Made by a program: the position numbers and the translations under genes | Notes under the pieces: generated by a model | The model's database searches: none | Told to the model about the DNA's origin: nothing | Seen by the model: only the letters and a program-made list of their open reading frames with translations | Shown here: in pieces, positions 38,111 through 47,074 of the stretch | Position numbering within the stretch: position 1 is the stretch's first letter | How the letters are laid out: each line of letters starts with the position of its first letter | IMG/VR virus record: IMGVR_UViG_2706795742_000001 | Span: 1-64,000 of that record | Origin: a virus | Taxonomy: Duplodnaviria; Caudoviricetes | Reading direction: 5' to 3' (one strand) | DNA: 64,000 nt

Positions 38111-38464
38111 TCACTGAGTGTCTTGCCGAATACCATTGTTTTTAAGGTACTCAACAAGTTCTTTGGTGGCGACGCCGTATTCGTCTCTTCCGCGAAGGAA
38201 TGAGAATCTTACTACGATACCGTGAATTTCCACCATTTGTCTGAGAATCACATCTGGAACTGTCAGTGTGATTTTTCCGGTCACCGAGAACTTTTCAAGC
38301 TCATCAAGATCAACGGTGAGAGTGATTGGCTTTCCGTCGAGGTCCGCTGCCATTTGCTGTTTGGCAAGATCGAAAGACCACACCCGAATGGTGTTATTTT
38401 CGGCGGACTCCTGCTCTTGCTTTCTTTTCCAGATTTCAGCCTCGTGTTCTGGGGAAACATTCAT
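38111..38464 (-). CDS. Hypothetical protein
   Basis: 117 aa, AAGGAG RBS. Confidence 0.7.
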   Translation of the reverse strand: MNVSPEHEAEIWKRKQEQESAENNTIRVWSFDLAKQQMAADLDGKPITLTVDLDELEKFSVTGKITLTVPDVILRQMVEIHGIVVRFSFLRGRDEYGVATKELVEYLKNNGIRQDTQ

Positions 38465-38467
38465 TTC

Positions 38468-38623
38468 TCACTCCTTACATGTAAATTCGCCGTTTTCATG
38501 GAACCACATAACCTTTAGGCGCTGCTCCTTGCTGGAACCCGGAACCTTTGAGTCAATGATCCTGGGAACTAGCTTGGTGTCACAAATATCACAGATTCGT
38601 GACTTCTTATCCTTGTAGCTCAT
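38468..38623 (-). CDS. Small CxxC protein (51 aa, not in ORF track)
   Basis: Hand translation MSYKDKKSRICDICDTK...WFHENGEFTCKE; AAGGA RBS; fills gap. Confidence 0.6.
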   Translation of the reverse strand: MSYKDKKSRICDICDTKLVPRIIDSKVPGSSKEQRLKVMWFHENGEFTCKE

Positions 38624-38632
38624 TTATGATCC

Positions 38633-38917
38633 TTAGTCCGGGAAATCATCTACAGGAAGTTTTTCTTGCACTGGCCCCGAACTTTCCTCGTACTGCGGAT
38701 GAGGAATGACCTGAATGGAACAAATATCATCCAGGCTAAAGTAGGACATAACCGGGAAAGAATTAACAAGAATGATGGTAACCGATCCATCCAGCGGGTG
38801 ACGGCTGCGCTGAACGTCACCACAGGCGACTACCTGCTCGGTACCATTCTTGTAGAGAATTTTCACAAGGAATTCGTGCTCCTTGCTCCATTCTGCCTTT
38901 GAATTGAAATCTGCCAT
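38633..38917 (-). CDS. Hypothetical protein (94 aa)
   Basis: Start reassigned to MADFNSK to avoid overlap with the MazG-like gene. Confidence 0.6.
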   Translation of the reverse strand: MADFNSKAEWSKEHEFLVKILYKNGTEQVVACGDVQRSRHPLDGSVTIILVNSFPVMSYFSLDDICSIQVIPHPQYEESSGPVQEKLPVDDFPD

Positions 38918-38918
38918 T

Positions 38919-39425
38919 TCAGAACTTTCGTCCGTGCTTATAGGGACGGGTGGCATTAAAGCGGTTCTTGTAATAAATCGCCAGCAACAGCGCAGTAATT
39001 CGCTCATCGTCGTCGCCAGCCCAATCGCCGATACGAATAAAGGCGTCTGCAAACTCTGCTGCCTCGCCTTCGGCCTTAAGCGGCTTTCCATTCTCGTCAA
39101 ATGGCTCGGTAGACTTGGTTCCGTCCTCGCGCTTGAACCACAAAAGCGGCTCACCGGATCGGTTGCTTTCCAGTGCCTCCGAAATCTCAGAATGAATCAG
39201 TGCGATGATTTCACCGAATCCGCGACCGGAATCATGGAACCCCTTAGACTCAGACATTTTCCAGCTTGCATGAGAAAGCACAGAAATCGCCTGAGCAATT
39301 GCAGCACCGCCGTCAAAAGTAAGCTCGCCGGTCTCGGGATTGAAATAGTCAGGGGAAGTACCCTCGCGCTGGGAAGCACTGAAAAGGTTCAGGGCAGTGT
39401 GGACGGCGTTAGTGGTGTCGGTCAT
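38919..39425 (-). CDS. MazG-like nucleotide pyrophosphohydrolase
   Basis: IALIHSEISEALE, EFADAFIRI.D, YKNRFNATRPYKHG. Confidence 0.8.
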   Translation of the reverse strand: MTDTTNAVHTALNLFSASQREGTSPDYFNPETGELTFDGGAAIAQAISVLSHASWKMSESKGFHDSGRGFGEIIALIHSEISEALESNRSGEPLLWFKREDGTKSTEPFDENGKPLKAEGEAAEFADAFIRIGDWAGDDDERITALLLAIYYKNRFNATRPYKHGRKF

Positions 39426-39850
39426 TTGTATTTCTTCTTTCGTGGAGTTCCGGGACATTCGCCCCAATTAAAGATTCTTTCCGGGGCCGCGGGTAGTTCG
39501 TGATAATATCTACCGCAACCTAGCCTGCACTTTGAATTTTCTCGTTCCTCTTGCTTCCTCTTCTCCCTTAGTTTTGCCGATTCTGAACGATTAGGACGGG
39601 GACCAATGAGGCTGTAATTGTAGTGATTGTGACAAAGCCCCTTGGCTTTAATAGGCTTATTACAGCCCTTCTTAGTGCATTCTTTTGGCCGCTCTACAAG
39701 CTCAGTAAATCCAAGTCTCTTGAATCTCTGATAATGCTTAGAGCACATATCCATAGACCATACCGAGTCTGAGCAACCATCTACACTGCACTCTCTACTT
39801 AGCCTGTTCGCCACTTCGAGATTGCTCCGCCAATTCGTGCGCCTCTTCAA
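39422..39850 (-). CDS. Tandem C-x4-C-x9-C-x2-H zinc-finger protein
   Basis: CSVDGC...MCSKHY and CTKKGC...LCHNHY repeats. Confidence 0.65.
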   Translation of the reverse strand: MKRRTNWRSNLEVANRLSRECSVDGCSDSVWSMDMCSKHYQRFKRLGFTELVERPKECTKKGCNKPIKAKGLCHNHYNYSLIGPRPNRSESAKLREKRKQEERENSKCRLGCGRYYHELPAAPERIFNWGECPGTPRKKKYK

Positions 39851-40218
39851 AAATCTTGGCCCGCATATAGACCAAAGCGTCCCCTAGTTCGTCAATGGTG
39901 TCGCGGATATTATCTCGACCATTGAAGGGCTGTAGAATCGTTCCGTATTTACGGAGTCCGAATTCCGCGCTTGGCAATTTCACTCGCTGGATTAATGCCC
40001 AGAGACTCGCAAAGTGCAACGAATGCCTCGGTAACCTTGAAGTAATTCATGGTTACGGACTTTTCCCGCGTTCCGTAGTTAACGAATCTCATGCCATTAA
40101 GGTCACGGCAAACCAAATCATGCGAACTGGGGTGTTCGTTAATGATCGGGTCCGGCTGCGGCGATAGCCCGCACTGCGTAGCCAGGAGGTCGCTAGCCGG
40201 GTCGGTAATGTCACTCAT
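39795..40218 (-). pseudogene. Frameshifted all-alpha NTP-pyrophosphatase-like gene (or sequencing error)
   Basis: N-half QPDPIINEHPSSHDLV in one frame, C-half FGLRKYGTILQPFNGRD..D..DE..D in another; junction at CGCG 39966-39969. Confidence 0.6.
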
Positions 40219-40393
40219 CTACTTTTGAACCCTTCTTGAATGCCTTCGAGCTAGAAATGGACATAATAATAAATCCGCCAATCAGCGCAATGGCCGCCTC
40301 TGTTGGATAATCTTTTGTTAGAAACAGGGATAGAAGAACAAGCGCGGGGCCGACGATACATGCGAAAATTCTATAGAACCAGACTTCAATCAT
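40211..40393 (-). CDS. Small membrane protein (2 TM)
   Basis: 60 aa, hydrophobic, overlaps neighbours. Confidence 0.6.
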   Translation of the reverse strand: MIEVWFYRIFACIVGPALVLLSLFLTKDYPTEAAIALIGGFIIMSISSSKAFKKGSKVDE

Positions 40394-40752
40394 ACTTTGG
40401 CCGCCTTCTTATTTACTCGCTTCCAGGCGCGCTTAAACTGACGCGCTTTTCTGTTATCCCTGTATGATCTTTCGTATTTGTTTGCCCAGCGATAATTCTC
40501 ATCGACCATAAATACTTCGTGGCAAGATTCACACATCCAAAATGTACCGGGACTGAAAGCGGCTTTGTATGTCCAGCCTGTTTCTACAGTGGGCGGCTGG
40601 CATTTGCATGGAATTTTCTTTGATACTGTGCCGATCACTATTCCGGAAGAATTTACCGTAGCGCGACCCTTATGCCTGTCCTTGCGAACGGCCTTTTTAT
40701 CAGGCTGGTTCATTTGAATCACTTGGCATGGGATTAGAGTAAATCTCTCCAC
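40390..40752 (-). CDS. Hypothetical protein (CxC, CxxC)
   Basis: 120 aa in operon. Confidence 0.55.
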   Translation of the reverse strand: MERFTLIPCQVIQMNQPDKKAVRKDRHKGRATVNSSGIVIGTVSKKIPCKCQPPTVETGWTYKAAFSPGTFWMCESCHEVFMVDENYRWANKYERSYRDNRKARQFKRAWKRVNKKAAKV

Positions 40753-40771
40753 TCTTCGGGTCCTTGAAAAA

Positions 40772-41527
40772 CTATAACGGCCCCAGGTCGTAGGAATTTA
40801 CCCTCTGACAAAACTGCTCGTCCCACTCTTCACGAACCTCTGGTGCGAATACCTCTGGCACCACGCACATAAGCTCGCGGTAGATAGCACCGGCAACTTC
40901 CTGCATTTCAGCGTCGGCTGCCTCGTGGTCACGCTTGGAAACAAACTCCATCCATGAGCGAAGATTTCCACTCACGACAATTCGAGTTTCCAGGCTTCCC
41001 GGCATTACGGAACGTGCGGCCTCGCGCGCCTTCTTGCCGGTAATCCCTTTCTCTTCCAGCTTCTTGAGAATTGCTTCATATGCGTCTTCTGCGCGACAAT
41101 AAACGTCGTCAATGGTGCTAACGATCCAAGGATCATCACGGACCATCGGCGGAACAATATATCCGAGACCATTCTTAAGCGGATCGACATATCGACCAGA
41201 AAGCTCACTGAAAGAAAAATGTCGGTGGCGGACAAGCTCGTGAGTAAAGTTGCGAGAAATGCCGGTCAGGTAAAAACTGCACTGAACATGCTCAAGAACA
41301 GAGAAATGCTTCTGCTCGATAATGTTCTTGATATAGTCTTCCTGCTTTCGAGTTGCGTCGTTTGGCTTATTAAAGCTCTGGTAACAGCCGCGACCGGCAA
41401 ACTCGATAATATTTGTCGACTTATGTGTGCGCTCAACCTCCATGCCATTCTGACTAAATACGTCAGGACTAAACGGCAGGGAAATGCTCATAAGCGAAAC
41501 TTCGCTAGTAACTGGACGTGTAGGCAT
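40772..41527 (-). CDS. thyX: Flavin-dependent thymidylate synthase
   Basis: HFSVLEH, THELVRHRHFSFSELSGRY, AREAARSVMP, NLRSW..F...R. Confidence 0.95.
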   Translation of the reverse strand: MPTRPVTSEVSLMSISLPFSPDVFSQNGMEVERTHKSTNIIEFAGRGCYQSFNKPNDATRKQEDYIKNIIEQKHFSVLEHVQCSFYLTGISRNFTHELVRHRHFSFSELSGRYVDPLKNGLGYIVPPMVRDDPWIVSTIDDVYCRAEDAYEAILKKLEEKGITGKKAREAARSVMPGSLETRIVVSGNLRSWMEFVSKRDHEAADAEMQEVAGAIYRELMCVVPEVFAPEVREEWDEQFCQRVNSYDLGPL

Positions 41528-41532
41528 AATTA

Positions 41533-42741
41533 TTACTGGCCCTTCTGCTTAAACTTGAGCTTTGGAGAATATTCCTTGGTGAGCAAATCCTGAATCTGCT
41601 GCTTTTGGTTGTCGTCCAATTCCTGACCCTTGAGAAGCTTATCAAGATCGGTGATATTGAACTTTCCAATTCGTGCGGCAATTCTCGGTCCGACTATCTG
41701 TGCGACGGCTGCGGGGTTTTTCAGCTTACGCCGACCCTGAGCGAGAACTTCGACCGAATGCTCATATCCAAGTTCATCCTTCGCGGAAAGGCTGGTAATA
41801 TCTTCCTCTCGCGCGTAGTTCGTAATTACTTTCTCGCAGTGATCGAGCAATCCGGTAAGACCTTCGATCTGTCCCTTTAATTGCGCGTGGAGAAGTAGAG
41901 CCTGTTCGGGATCGAGAACGGCCAGCACGCCGCCAGCGTCCACGTTCCGGCGCAGAGCGGGGCACGACGCCGCGATAGGGCAGAACCGGCACCCGACGCC
42001 GAGCCGGTAAGGCGCGTCCTCGCGGTCGGTGCTCAGGATAAGCTCAACGGTGCTCTGTAGCATTTGCCAGGTTTCAATGCATTCCTCGCGGGTGATAAAA
42101 ACTCCCACGGTTTCATTAAAACGCAGCAAGTCTGCCATAACCCAAACGCCTGCGGGCTGCAATTCTTTGTACTGAATCATTGCGCACAGAGCGTAAAGCC
42201 TGAACTGCAATTTATTCTGCACTTCGTCGTAGGTCCAGCGCTGGGATACTGACTTGTAATCAACACAGCGCAATTCGACTTCACCGTCTTCATTTATGAT
42301 CTTGTCCATGCGGTCAAAGATATAAGTGAAAAGAATGTCGTCTACTTCGGTGGGAATTCGTAGCTTCTGCTCGGTGCTGAGAACTTCCACGCCAGTAAAA
42401 TCGGTGCGATCATGCCAGTCTCTGACCAGCTTTCGAGCGTCAATGAAATCTTCGTCAGACATATCTGTCTTGTGGAAGATTTCAACAAATGCCTCGTAAA
42501 CAAGGTCGAGTAGGTAGTCTACATCGTCCCATTTATGAGTTTTCTTGAAGAACACTGCCTGAACAAAAAGTTCTAGTGCCTGGTGAGCGACGGTTCCAAC
42601 ATTTCCCCGCGTTGAGCCCTGTGGCTGTGGAATATAATCCACATACTGAGCCGCCCATTTCTGGGGGCACTGATCCCAAACGGCTAGCGCGCTAGCAGAA
42701 ACGGTGCCAGATTTTGGCCTCACTTCATTTCCCCTCTCCAA
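41533..42741 (-). CDS. RecB/Cas4-like PD-(D/E)XK exonuclease; likely start GTG 42723
   Basis: SAS....W..CP, GTVAH.ALE, FDRMD, VDYKS, QFRLYAL, CRFCP....C. Confidence 0.85.
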   Translation of the reverse strand: MERGNEVRPKSGTVSASALAVWDQCPQKWAAQYVDYIPQPQGSTRGNVGTVAHQALELFVQAVFFKKTHKWDDVDYLLDLVYEAFVEIFHKTDMSDEDFIDARKLVRDWHDRTDFTGVEVLSTEQKLRIPTEVDDILFTYIFDRMDKIINEDGEVELRCVDYKSVSQRWTYDEVQNKLQFRLYALCAMIQYKELQPAGVWVMADLLRFNETVGVFITREECIETWQMLQSTVELILSTDREDAPYRLGVGCRFCPIAASCPALRRNVDAGGVLAVLDPEQALLLHAQLKGQIEGLTGLLDHCEKVITNYAREEDITSLSAKDELGYEHSVEVLAQGRRKLKNPAAVAQIVGPRIAARIGKFNITDLDKLLKGQELDDNQKQQIQDLLTKEYSPKLKFKQKGQ

Positions 42742-42754
42742 ACCAATTGAACAC

Positions 42755-42916
42755 CTAGTCTTCCAGTCTTTCCAGCGCAGACACTGAACCGTCTAGCACA
42801 CTCTGGAATTTCTTGATAGCGGCCTCCATGGTTGCCGCCTCAAAATCCAGAGACTTTGAAACGGTGCTGTCTTTATACGAGATATGAACACTGATATTAG
42901 CGTCACTGAATGGCAT
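42755..42916 (-). CDS. Small hypothetical protein (53 aa, not in ORF track)
   Basis: MPFSDANISVHISYKD...LERLED; TAATG coupling to upstream gene. Confidence 0.55.
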   Translation of the reverse strand: MPFSDANISVHISYKDSTVSKSLDFEAATMEAAIKKFQSVLDGSVSALERLED

Positions 42917-43158
42917 TACTGTCCCCTATAATTAACGCCAGGGATTTTGCCACCGTCAAAATCATCATCCTCGACAAGCTGCAAATGATCTGCAATCTTC
43001 TCTCTGAGCTTTTCTAGTGTCTTGGCGCGCAGTTCGATTTCAAACTTTCCGCCACGTTCGTCAAAAATCTTGACTATCGCCTTGTAGTGCTTTACCTCTT
43101 CCTGGGCTGCCTTCATCTTGATCTTGTCCTCGTCTCTGTTGTAATTCGGGTAGCTCAT
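42916..43158 (-). CDS. Hypothetical protein
   Basis: 80 aa, AGGAG RBS. Confidence 0.7.
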   Translation of the reverse strand: MSYPNYNRDEDKIKMKAAQEEVKHYKAIVKIFDERGGKFEIELRAKTLEKLREKIADHLQLVEDDDFDGGKIPGVNYRGQ

Positions 43159-43168
43159 TGCTTTTCTC

Positions 43169-43387
43169 CTAGCTAATTCTCGTCTCCCCGGCCCAAATGC
43201 CGTGCTTGCTGTCTGTGATTTTTCTGTAATCCCTACACTGATTTATTACCGGACAGGAACCGCATATTTCTTTGGCGATCTTCCGCAAGTCGCCCCGACC
43301 GCGACCGGGAAAAAACACGTCATCCTCGTCGGCGGTAGCCGGACCCATACCTGAGCACGCGGCTTCGGATTTCCATTCTTCATCCAT
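43169..43387 (-). CDS. whiB: WhiB-family Fe-S transcription factor; possibly the C-terminal part of a frameshifted 43701-43169 gene
   Basis: W...AAC, FFP, AKEICGSCPV...C, HGIWAG. Confidence 0.9.
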   Translation of the reverse strand: MDEEWKSEAACSGMGPATADEDDVFFPGRGRGDLRKIAKEICGSCPVINQCRDYRKITDSKHGIWAGETRIS

Positions 43388-43452
43388 TTGGAAGAATTTG
43401 GGAGAATCACCGTCTGGTAATTCGGAGCCTTCGCCGCAAATGCAAGGACTAT

Positions 43453-43701
43453 TTACTTTTCCGACAGGGAAGGCGTCAGGGGTGACAGTGACGGTTTCCC
43501 AGTGATAGAGTCCGAATGGTCCGTAATGCTTTCGCCTGACTGTGATGGGGTCTTTTCGACAGGAGAGTCGTTTGCAGACGCCGGTACAGACGAGTCTTTT
43601 GGGTCAGCGTCTTCTCCATACTTCGGAGAGAAGTCCATAAAACCAGTGTCGTTCTCTTCGTTGTCGTCAGTGAAAATTAGCGGATTGACGGCTTCACTCA
43701 T
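43453..43701 (-). CDS. Acidic N-terminal ORF linked to whiB by a -1 slippery site
   Basis: 82 aa; C CCA AAA at 43603-43597; post-slip zero frame is S/P-rich. Confidence 0.5.
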   Translation of the reverse strand: MSEAVNPLIFTDDNEENDTGFMDFSPKYGEDADPKDSSVPASANDSPVEKTPSQSGESITDHSDSITGKPSLSPLTPSLSEK

Positions 43702-43713
43702 TATCTAAAATCC

Positions 43714-44268
43714 TTACCACTCGTTATTGATCTTGGTTACTGGGTTTTGAATCCGCAACATCATGTTGCGGTACTTTTCTTCGGTTTCTGTTCTAACGTC
43801 AGGTGGTATGGCGGCAAAGAAATTATTGGTGCCAATCCCCCCGTCAATAATTTCTAGTTCACCGCGAACAACCAGAACCATTCGGGGGACAGTGGCAATG
43901 CTCTGCTCAACCTGAATGGTTCTAATTGCGATATTGTCAACGTCATCGTGAAAACAGGTTCCAGTCAGTGCGTCTTCAATGAGCTTCTGCATATTAGTAC
44001 CGTCAACCTTGTTCTTGGTTCTGGTACGATTCGCTTTGTCTTTGTATTGCTCGCGCTTTCGCCAGGTATAAATATCCAGTGAATATCCAGGCTCCATCAT
44101 AAATGCGCCCTGAGATTCAAGACTTTCCTTGACACCGAGCTTAAATGCCACGCCACCTTCATCCTGACCGAATTTCACAAAGACCTTGTTACCCTTACGA
44201 ATTCCTGACGCCGGTGGAACCTTCCACGGCTGAGGATTAAGCGGTACAGCGAAAATCTGAGTAATCAT
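43714..44268 (-). CDS. rusA: RusA-like Holliday junction resolvase
   Basis: P.PQPW, VDGTNMQKLIEDALTG..FHDD. Confidence 0.8.
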   Translation of the reverse strand: MITQIFAVPLNPQPWKVPPASGIRKGNKVFVKFGQDEGGVAFKLGVKESLESQGAFMMEPGYSLDIYTWRKREQYKDKANRTRTKNKVDGTNMQKLIEDALTGTCFHDDVDNIAIRTIQVEQSIATVPRMVLVVRGELEIIDGGIGTNNFFAAIPPDVRTETEEKYRNMMLRIQNPVTKINNEW

Positions 44269-44519
44269 ATTGCACCAATCACTGTAATCAAAATTCCAAT
44301 AAGACCGAGAACTACTGCCATTACCAGAACCAGAATCCCGAAAGAAACAAGCAGGGCAAAGCAGAGTCCAATGAACTGACCGAGCTTATATGCGCCTGGG
44401 TGCTTTTCCTCGTCAGTTAGCTCTTTTACTGGTCCGGCTGCGGTGGGCGGTATCGGCTCGGTGGGGGTGTCGTCGAGCAAGAATGGATTTCCATTATCCG
44501 GATTCCACTGGTTCATCAT
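44265..44519 (-). CDS. Small membrane protein
   Basis: Long C-terminal hydrophobic segment. Confidence 0.65.
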   Translation of the reverse strand: MMNQWNPDNGNPFLLDDTPTEPIPPTAAGPVKELTDEEKHPGAYKLGQFIGLCFALLVSFGILVLVMAVVLGLIGILITVIGAI

Positions 44520-44542
44520 TCACCTTCTTTTCACAAATCTAT

Positions 44543-44695
44543 TCATCGCCCAGTTCGCTTTCTCTTTGCCCGCCTCTTGGCTTTATCCTTTGCCTTCTTG
44601 GCGGCTTGAAGCTCTTGCCTTTTTCCGGTGAGGCCGGAAGCAATTGCAAGATACTTAGCCATTTCTGAGCTGTGCCTCATATCCTGATTCTTCAT
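44543..44695 (-). CDS. Small basic protein (50 aa, not in ORF track)
   Basis: MKNQDMRHSSEM...AKKAKDKAKRRAKRKRTGR; TAATG coupling. Confidence 0.5.
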   Translation of the reverse strand: MKNQDMRHSSEMAKYLAIASGLTGKRQELQAAKKAKDKAKRRAKRKRTGR

Positions 44696-45000
44696 TATTC
44701 CTTCTCGGCATTTGGTGCATACAGCACGGTAAACGGCGGAAACACCGGATAAATAGAGAACTTGCCGCTATTCAGGATCGAAAAGCATGTTCCATTGCTG
44801 TCTCGAATAAACGCACCCTTTGGCAGTTCTTCGAGGTCATCAACATCATTGATAACTCGCGCCTGGTCTATCTCATTAAGCATGTGCTCGGAATAGCTCT
44901 TTGGACCCATAGAAAGCGGATCAAAGCTCCATCCGCATTCACAAGAAAAGTGATCTATCGGCGGGTGATTGTAAACAACCATGCTGGTAATTCCGGACAT
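44695..45000 (-). CDS. Hypothetical protein (H..CxC..EH)
   Basis: 101 aa, AAGGAG RBS. Confidence 0.65.
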   Translation of the reverse strand: MSGITSMVVYNHPPIDHFSCECGWSFDPLSMGPKSYSEHMLNEIDQARVINDVDDLEELPKGAFIRDSNGTCFSILNSGKFSIYPVFPPFTVLYAPNAEKE

Positions 45001-45001
45001 T

Positions 45002-46138
45002 TTATGCTCCTTCGATTTCTACCTGCGGTGCAATCCACGCTTCATATCCCGCGCCGCCCTGGATATATGTAAACAGCTTCTGCTTTTCAAGTCCCTGCTC
45101 AAAATACAGAGTCGCATGACTTCCAATTGAATTAGTCACAGCGTCTCGTGCATATGCACCGTTAAGACTTAGCAGAGTGGGAATATCTGGACCGCCGGTT
45201 GCTCCGATAATATCAGATACCTTTTCCTCCGTCTCGGAAATAATGGTGAATAGAAGAGAATCCTTGGCGGCAAGCATTTTAACTCGCGCCTTCTGATTCT
45301 TGCGAATGATCGTAAAAATACGGTCACACACTTCCTTGTATTCATCCACATTTACCGTGATAGAACCATTGTATGCATTCGCATTCGGCAGCTTAAGCAA
45401 TCCGCATTTATTCTCCGCAAACCTGGATACCTCAACCTGCGTGTATTCATCTGGTGTAATGCCCAATCCCTTTTCGGTTTTAGTGAGCAATACGTCACCC
45501 GCATGGTGAATTACGCCAGTGAGATTCTTTACAGGAATGGTCACTGGTCCGTCTGCCAGTGCGGGGATCACGATTGGCACGCTCGCGCAGACGTAGCGAT
45601 TAGTCGCCATTGCGTAGTTACCGTCCAGATATACGCCGCTAAGTTCCGGTGTCGCTTCATCGTCCTTGCTCGCGGCCCACGCTACGGCCTCTATTTTGCT
45701 CGCCAGCCCGTTAATAGCGATGGAACCATCCTCACTAAAGGGGTTCCATTCTGGGAACGCAGAATTGAGAATGAGCGGCACTGAGCCGGTCGTCTCTCCG
45801 CGCCGCTTTTGCTGAGTCATGGCAAGCTGACCGGGAATCTTCGTATCGGTCAGGGTGACCACGGCACCGCGCGACTTCGGCAATGAATCGAGGAATTTAG
45901 AGGCCACCGGAGCGACCCGCCAATAGCCGGACCCGATTACCTGCAACCCGGAGATTCGGCGTCGAAAGAATACATTGAGGTCGGTACTCGAAACAAACAC
46001 GTCGTTAGTATTCTCATCGAATTCAATCAGAATGCCAGCGGTGAAAACCTCGCCACTTCCAAACCCGCTAGGCGCAACTCGTGCAGCCTTAACCATTGCG
46101 TCTGCGATGGTTGCCGTTTCCACTGAAATCTCTGGCAT
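45002..46138 (-). CDS. dnaN: DNA polymerase III beta-type sliding clamp
   Basis: 378 aa; STDLNVF, FPEW, P.LSGVYL, ATNRY..A, LNGAY..DAV. Confidence 0.8.
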   Translation of the reverse strand: MPEISVETATIADAMVKAARVAPSGFGSGEVFTAGILIEFDENTNDVFVSSTDLNVFFRRRISGLQVIGSGYWRVAPVASKFLDSLPKSRGAVVTLTDTKIPGQLAMTQQKRRGETTGSVPLILNSAFPEWNPFSEDGSIAINGLASKIEAVAWAASKDDEATPELSGVYLDGNYAMATNRYVCASVPIVIPALADGPVTIPVKNLTGVIHHAGDVLLTKTEKGLGITPDEYTQVEVSRFAENKCGLLKLPNANAYNGSITVNVDEYKEVCDRIFTIIRKNQKARVKMLAAKDSLLFTIISETEEKVSDIIGATGGPDIPTLLSLNGAYARDAVTNSIGSHATLYFEQGLEKQKLFTYIQGGAGYEAWIAPQVEIEGA

Positions 46139-46223
46139 ATCTAATTACTCCAATTCAACTCTTCGTACGATTTTCAGGCCAGCTTCGTTAATCGTGTCAA
46201 TGGCGATCTTTGCCGCAATTTCC

Positions 46224-46814
46224 TCACTCGATAAACAGGTTCTCTGCATAGAAAGCAAGTTCATTTCGAGTAGCATTGCAATCTGCCAGAGAGCGGTGCG
46301 CAGGACTGAAATCCTTATTCCGCTCGGCATATTCTGCGATAAGCTCGGGTCGCCAAACCTTGCAGAATTCCTTCATGGAGCTAACGTCCATATTCCGATA
46401 ATGGAATTGCTTATCAAGCTCGGGCATTTGCTTCGCAATGAACTTGCGGTCAAACAGAATGCTAGAGCCACACATGGGAAGCATAATATGGTTCTCGCCG
46501 AGGCCGTGATCCTTCATAAAGGAAACTGCCTGAACTTCAATGTCCCGGTGATCCAGAATATTGCCATTGGCATGGAGCAAGCCGATTTCGTTGGTGAGAT
46601 TATTCTCCTGGTGCATATTCCAGACGTACTTGTCATCTTGATTCTTTAGCCATTCAAGATGATCCATAACCAGCGGACTCACAATACAGCGAGACCATTC
46701 TGCAATCAGTTCAAGTCGGGCAGTGTAAATCTGGATTGCAATTTCCAGCATGATATTAGTATCGGGATCGAGTCCAGTTGTCTCGGTGTCCACGATTACA
46801 AACTTGGGCTGCAT
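46224..46814 (-). CDS. orn: Oligoribonuclease-like DEDDh exonuclease
   Basis: VDTETTGLDP, CGSSILFDRKFI...MPEL...FHYRNMDVSS.KE, HRSLADC. Confidence 0.85.
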   Translation of the reverse strand: MQPKFVIVDTETTGLDPDTNIMLEIAIQIYTARLELIAEWSRCIVSPLVMDHLEWLKNQDDKYVWNMHQENNLTNEIGLLHANGNILDHRDIEVQAVSFMKDHGLGENHIMLPMCGSSILFDRKFIAKQMPELDKQFHYRNMDVSSMKEFCKVWRPELIAEYAERNKDFSPAHRSLADCNATRNELAFYAENLFIE

Positions 46815-46816
46815 GA

Positions 46817-47074
46817 TTAATCCTCTTCTCCGGTTTCTTCTGTATTTCCATACATCTTAATTGCCAGGTCAATAATGTCAGTCTTGGGGATTCGCCAATC
46901 TCGGCCAATTTTCATTGATCCAGGAAGACTGCCATTCTTTAGCCATTCACCGACGGTAGTTCGGCTAACTCGAAAAAATTCCATGACCTCGGAAGCGGTC
47001 AGCATATCTGGAAGATTTTCTACAAGCCGCTCAGCCCGCTTCCGCTTTTCCGCGGTACTGTGCTGCATGGTCAT
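46817..47074 (-). CDS. Excisionase/MerR-like HTH DNA-binding protein
   Basis: MLTASEVMEFFRVSRTTV..WL..G.LP..KIGRDWRIP. Confidence 0.85.
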   Translation of the reverse strand: MTMQHSTAEKRKRAERLVENLPDMLTASEVMEFFRVSRTTVGEWLKNGSLPGSMKIGRDWRIPKTDIIDLAIKMYGNTEETGEED

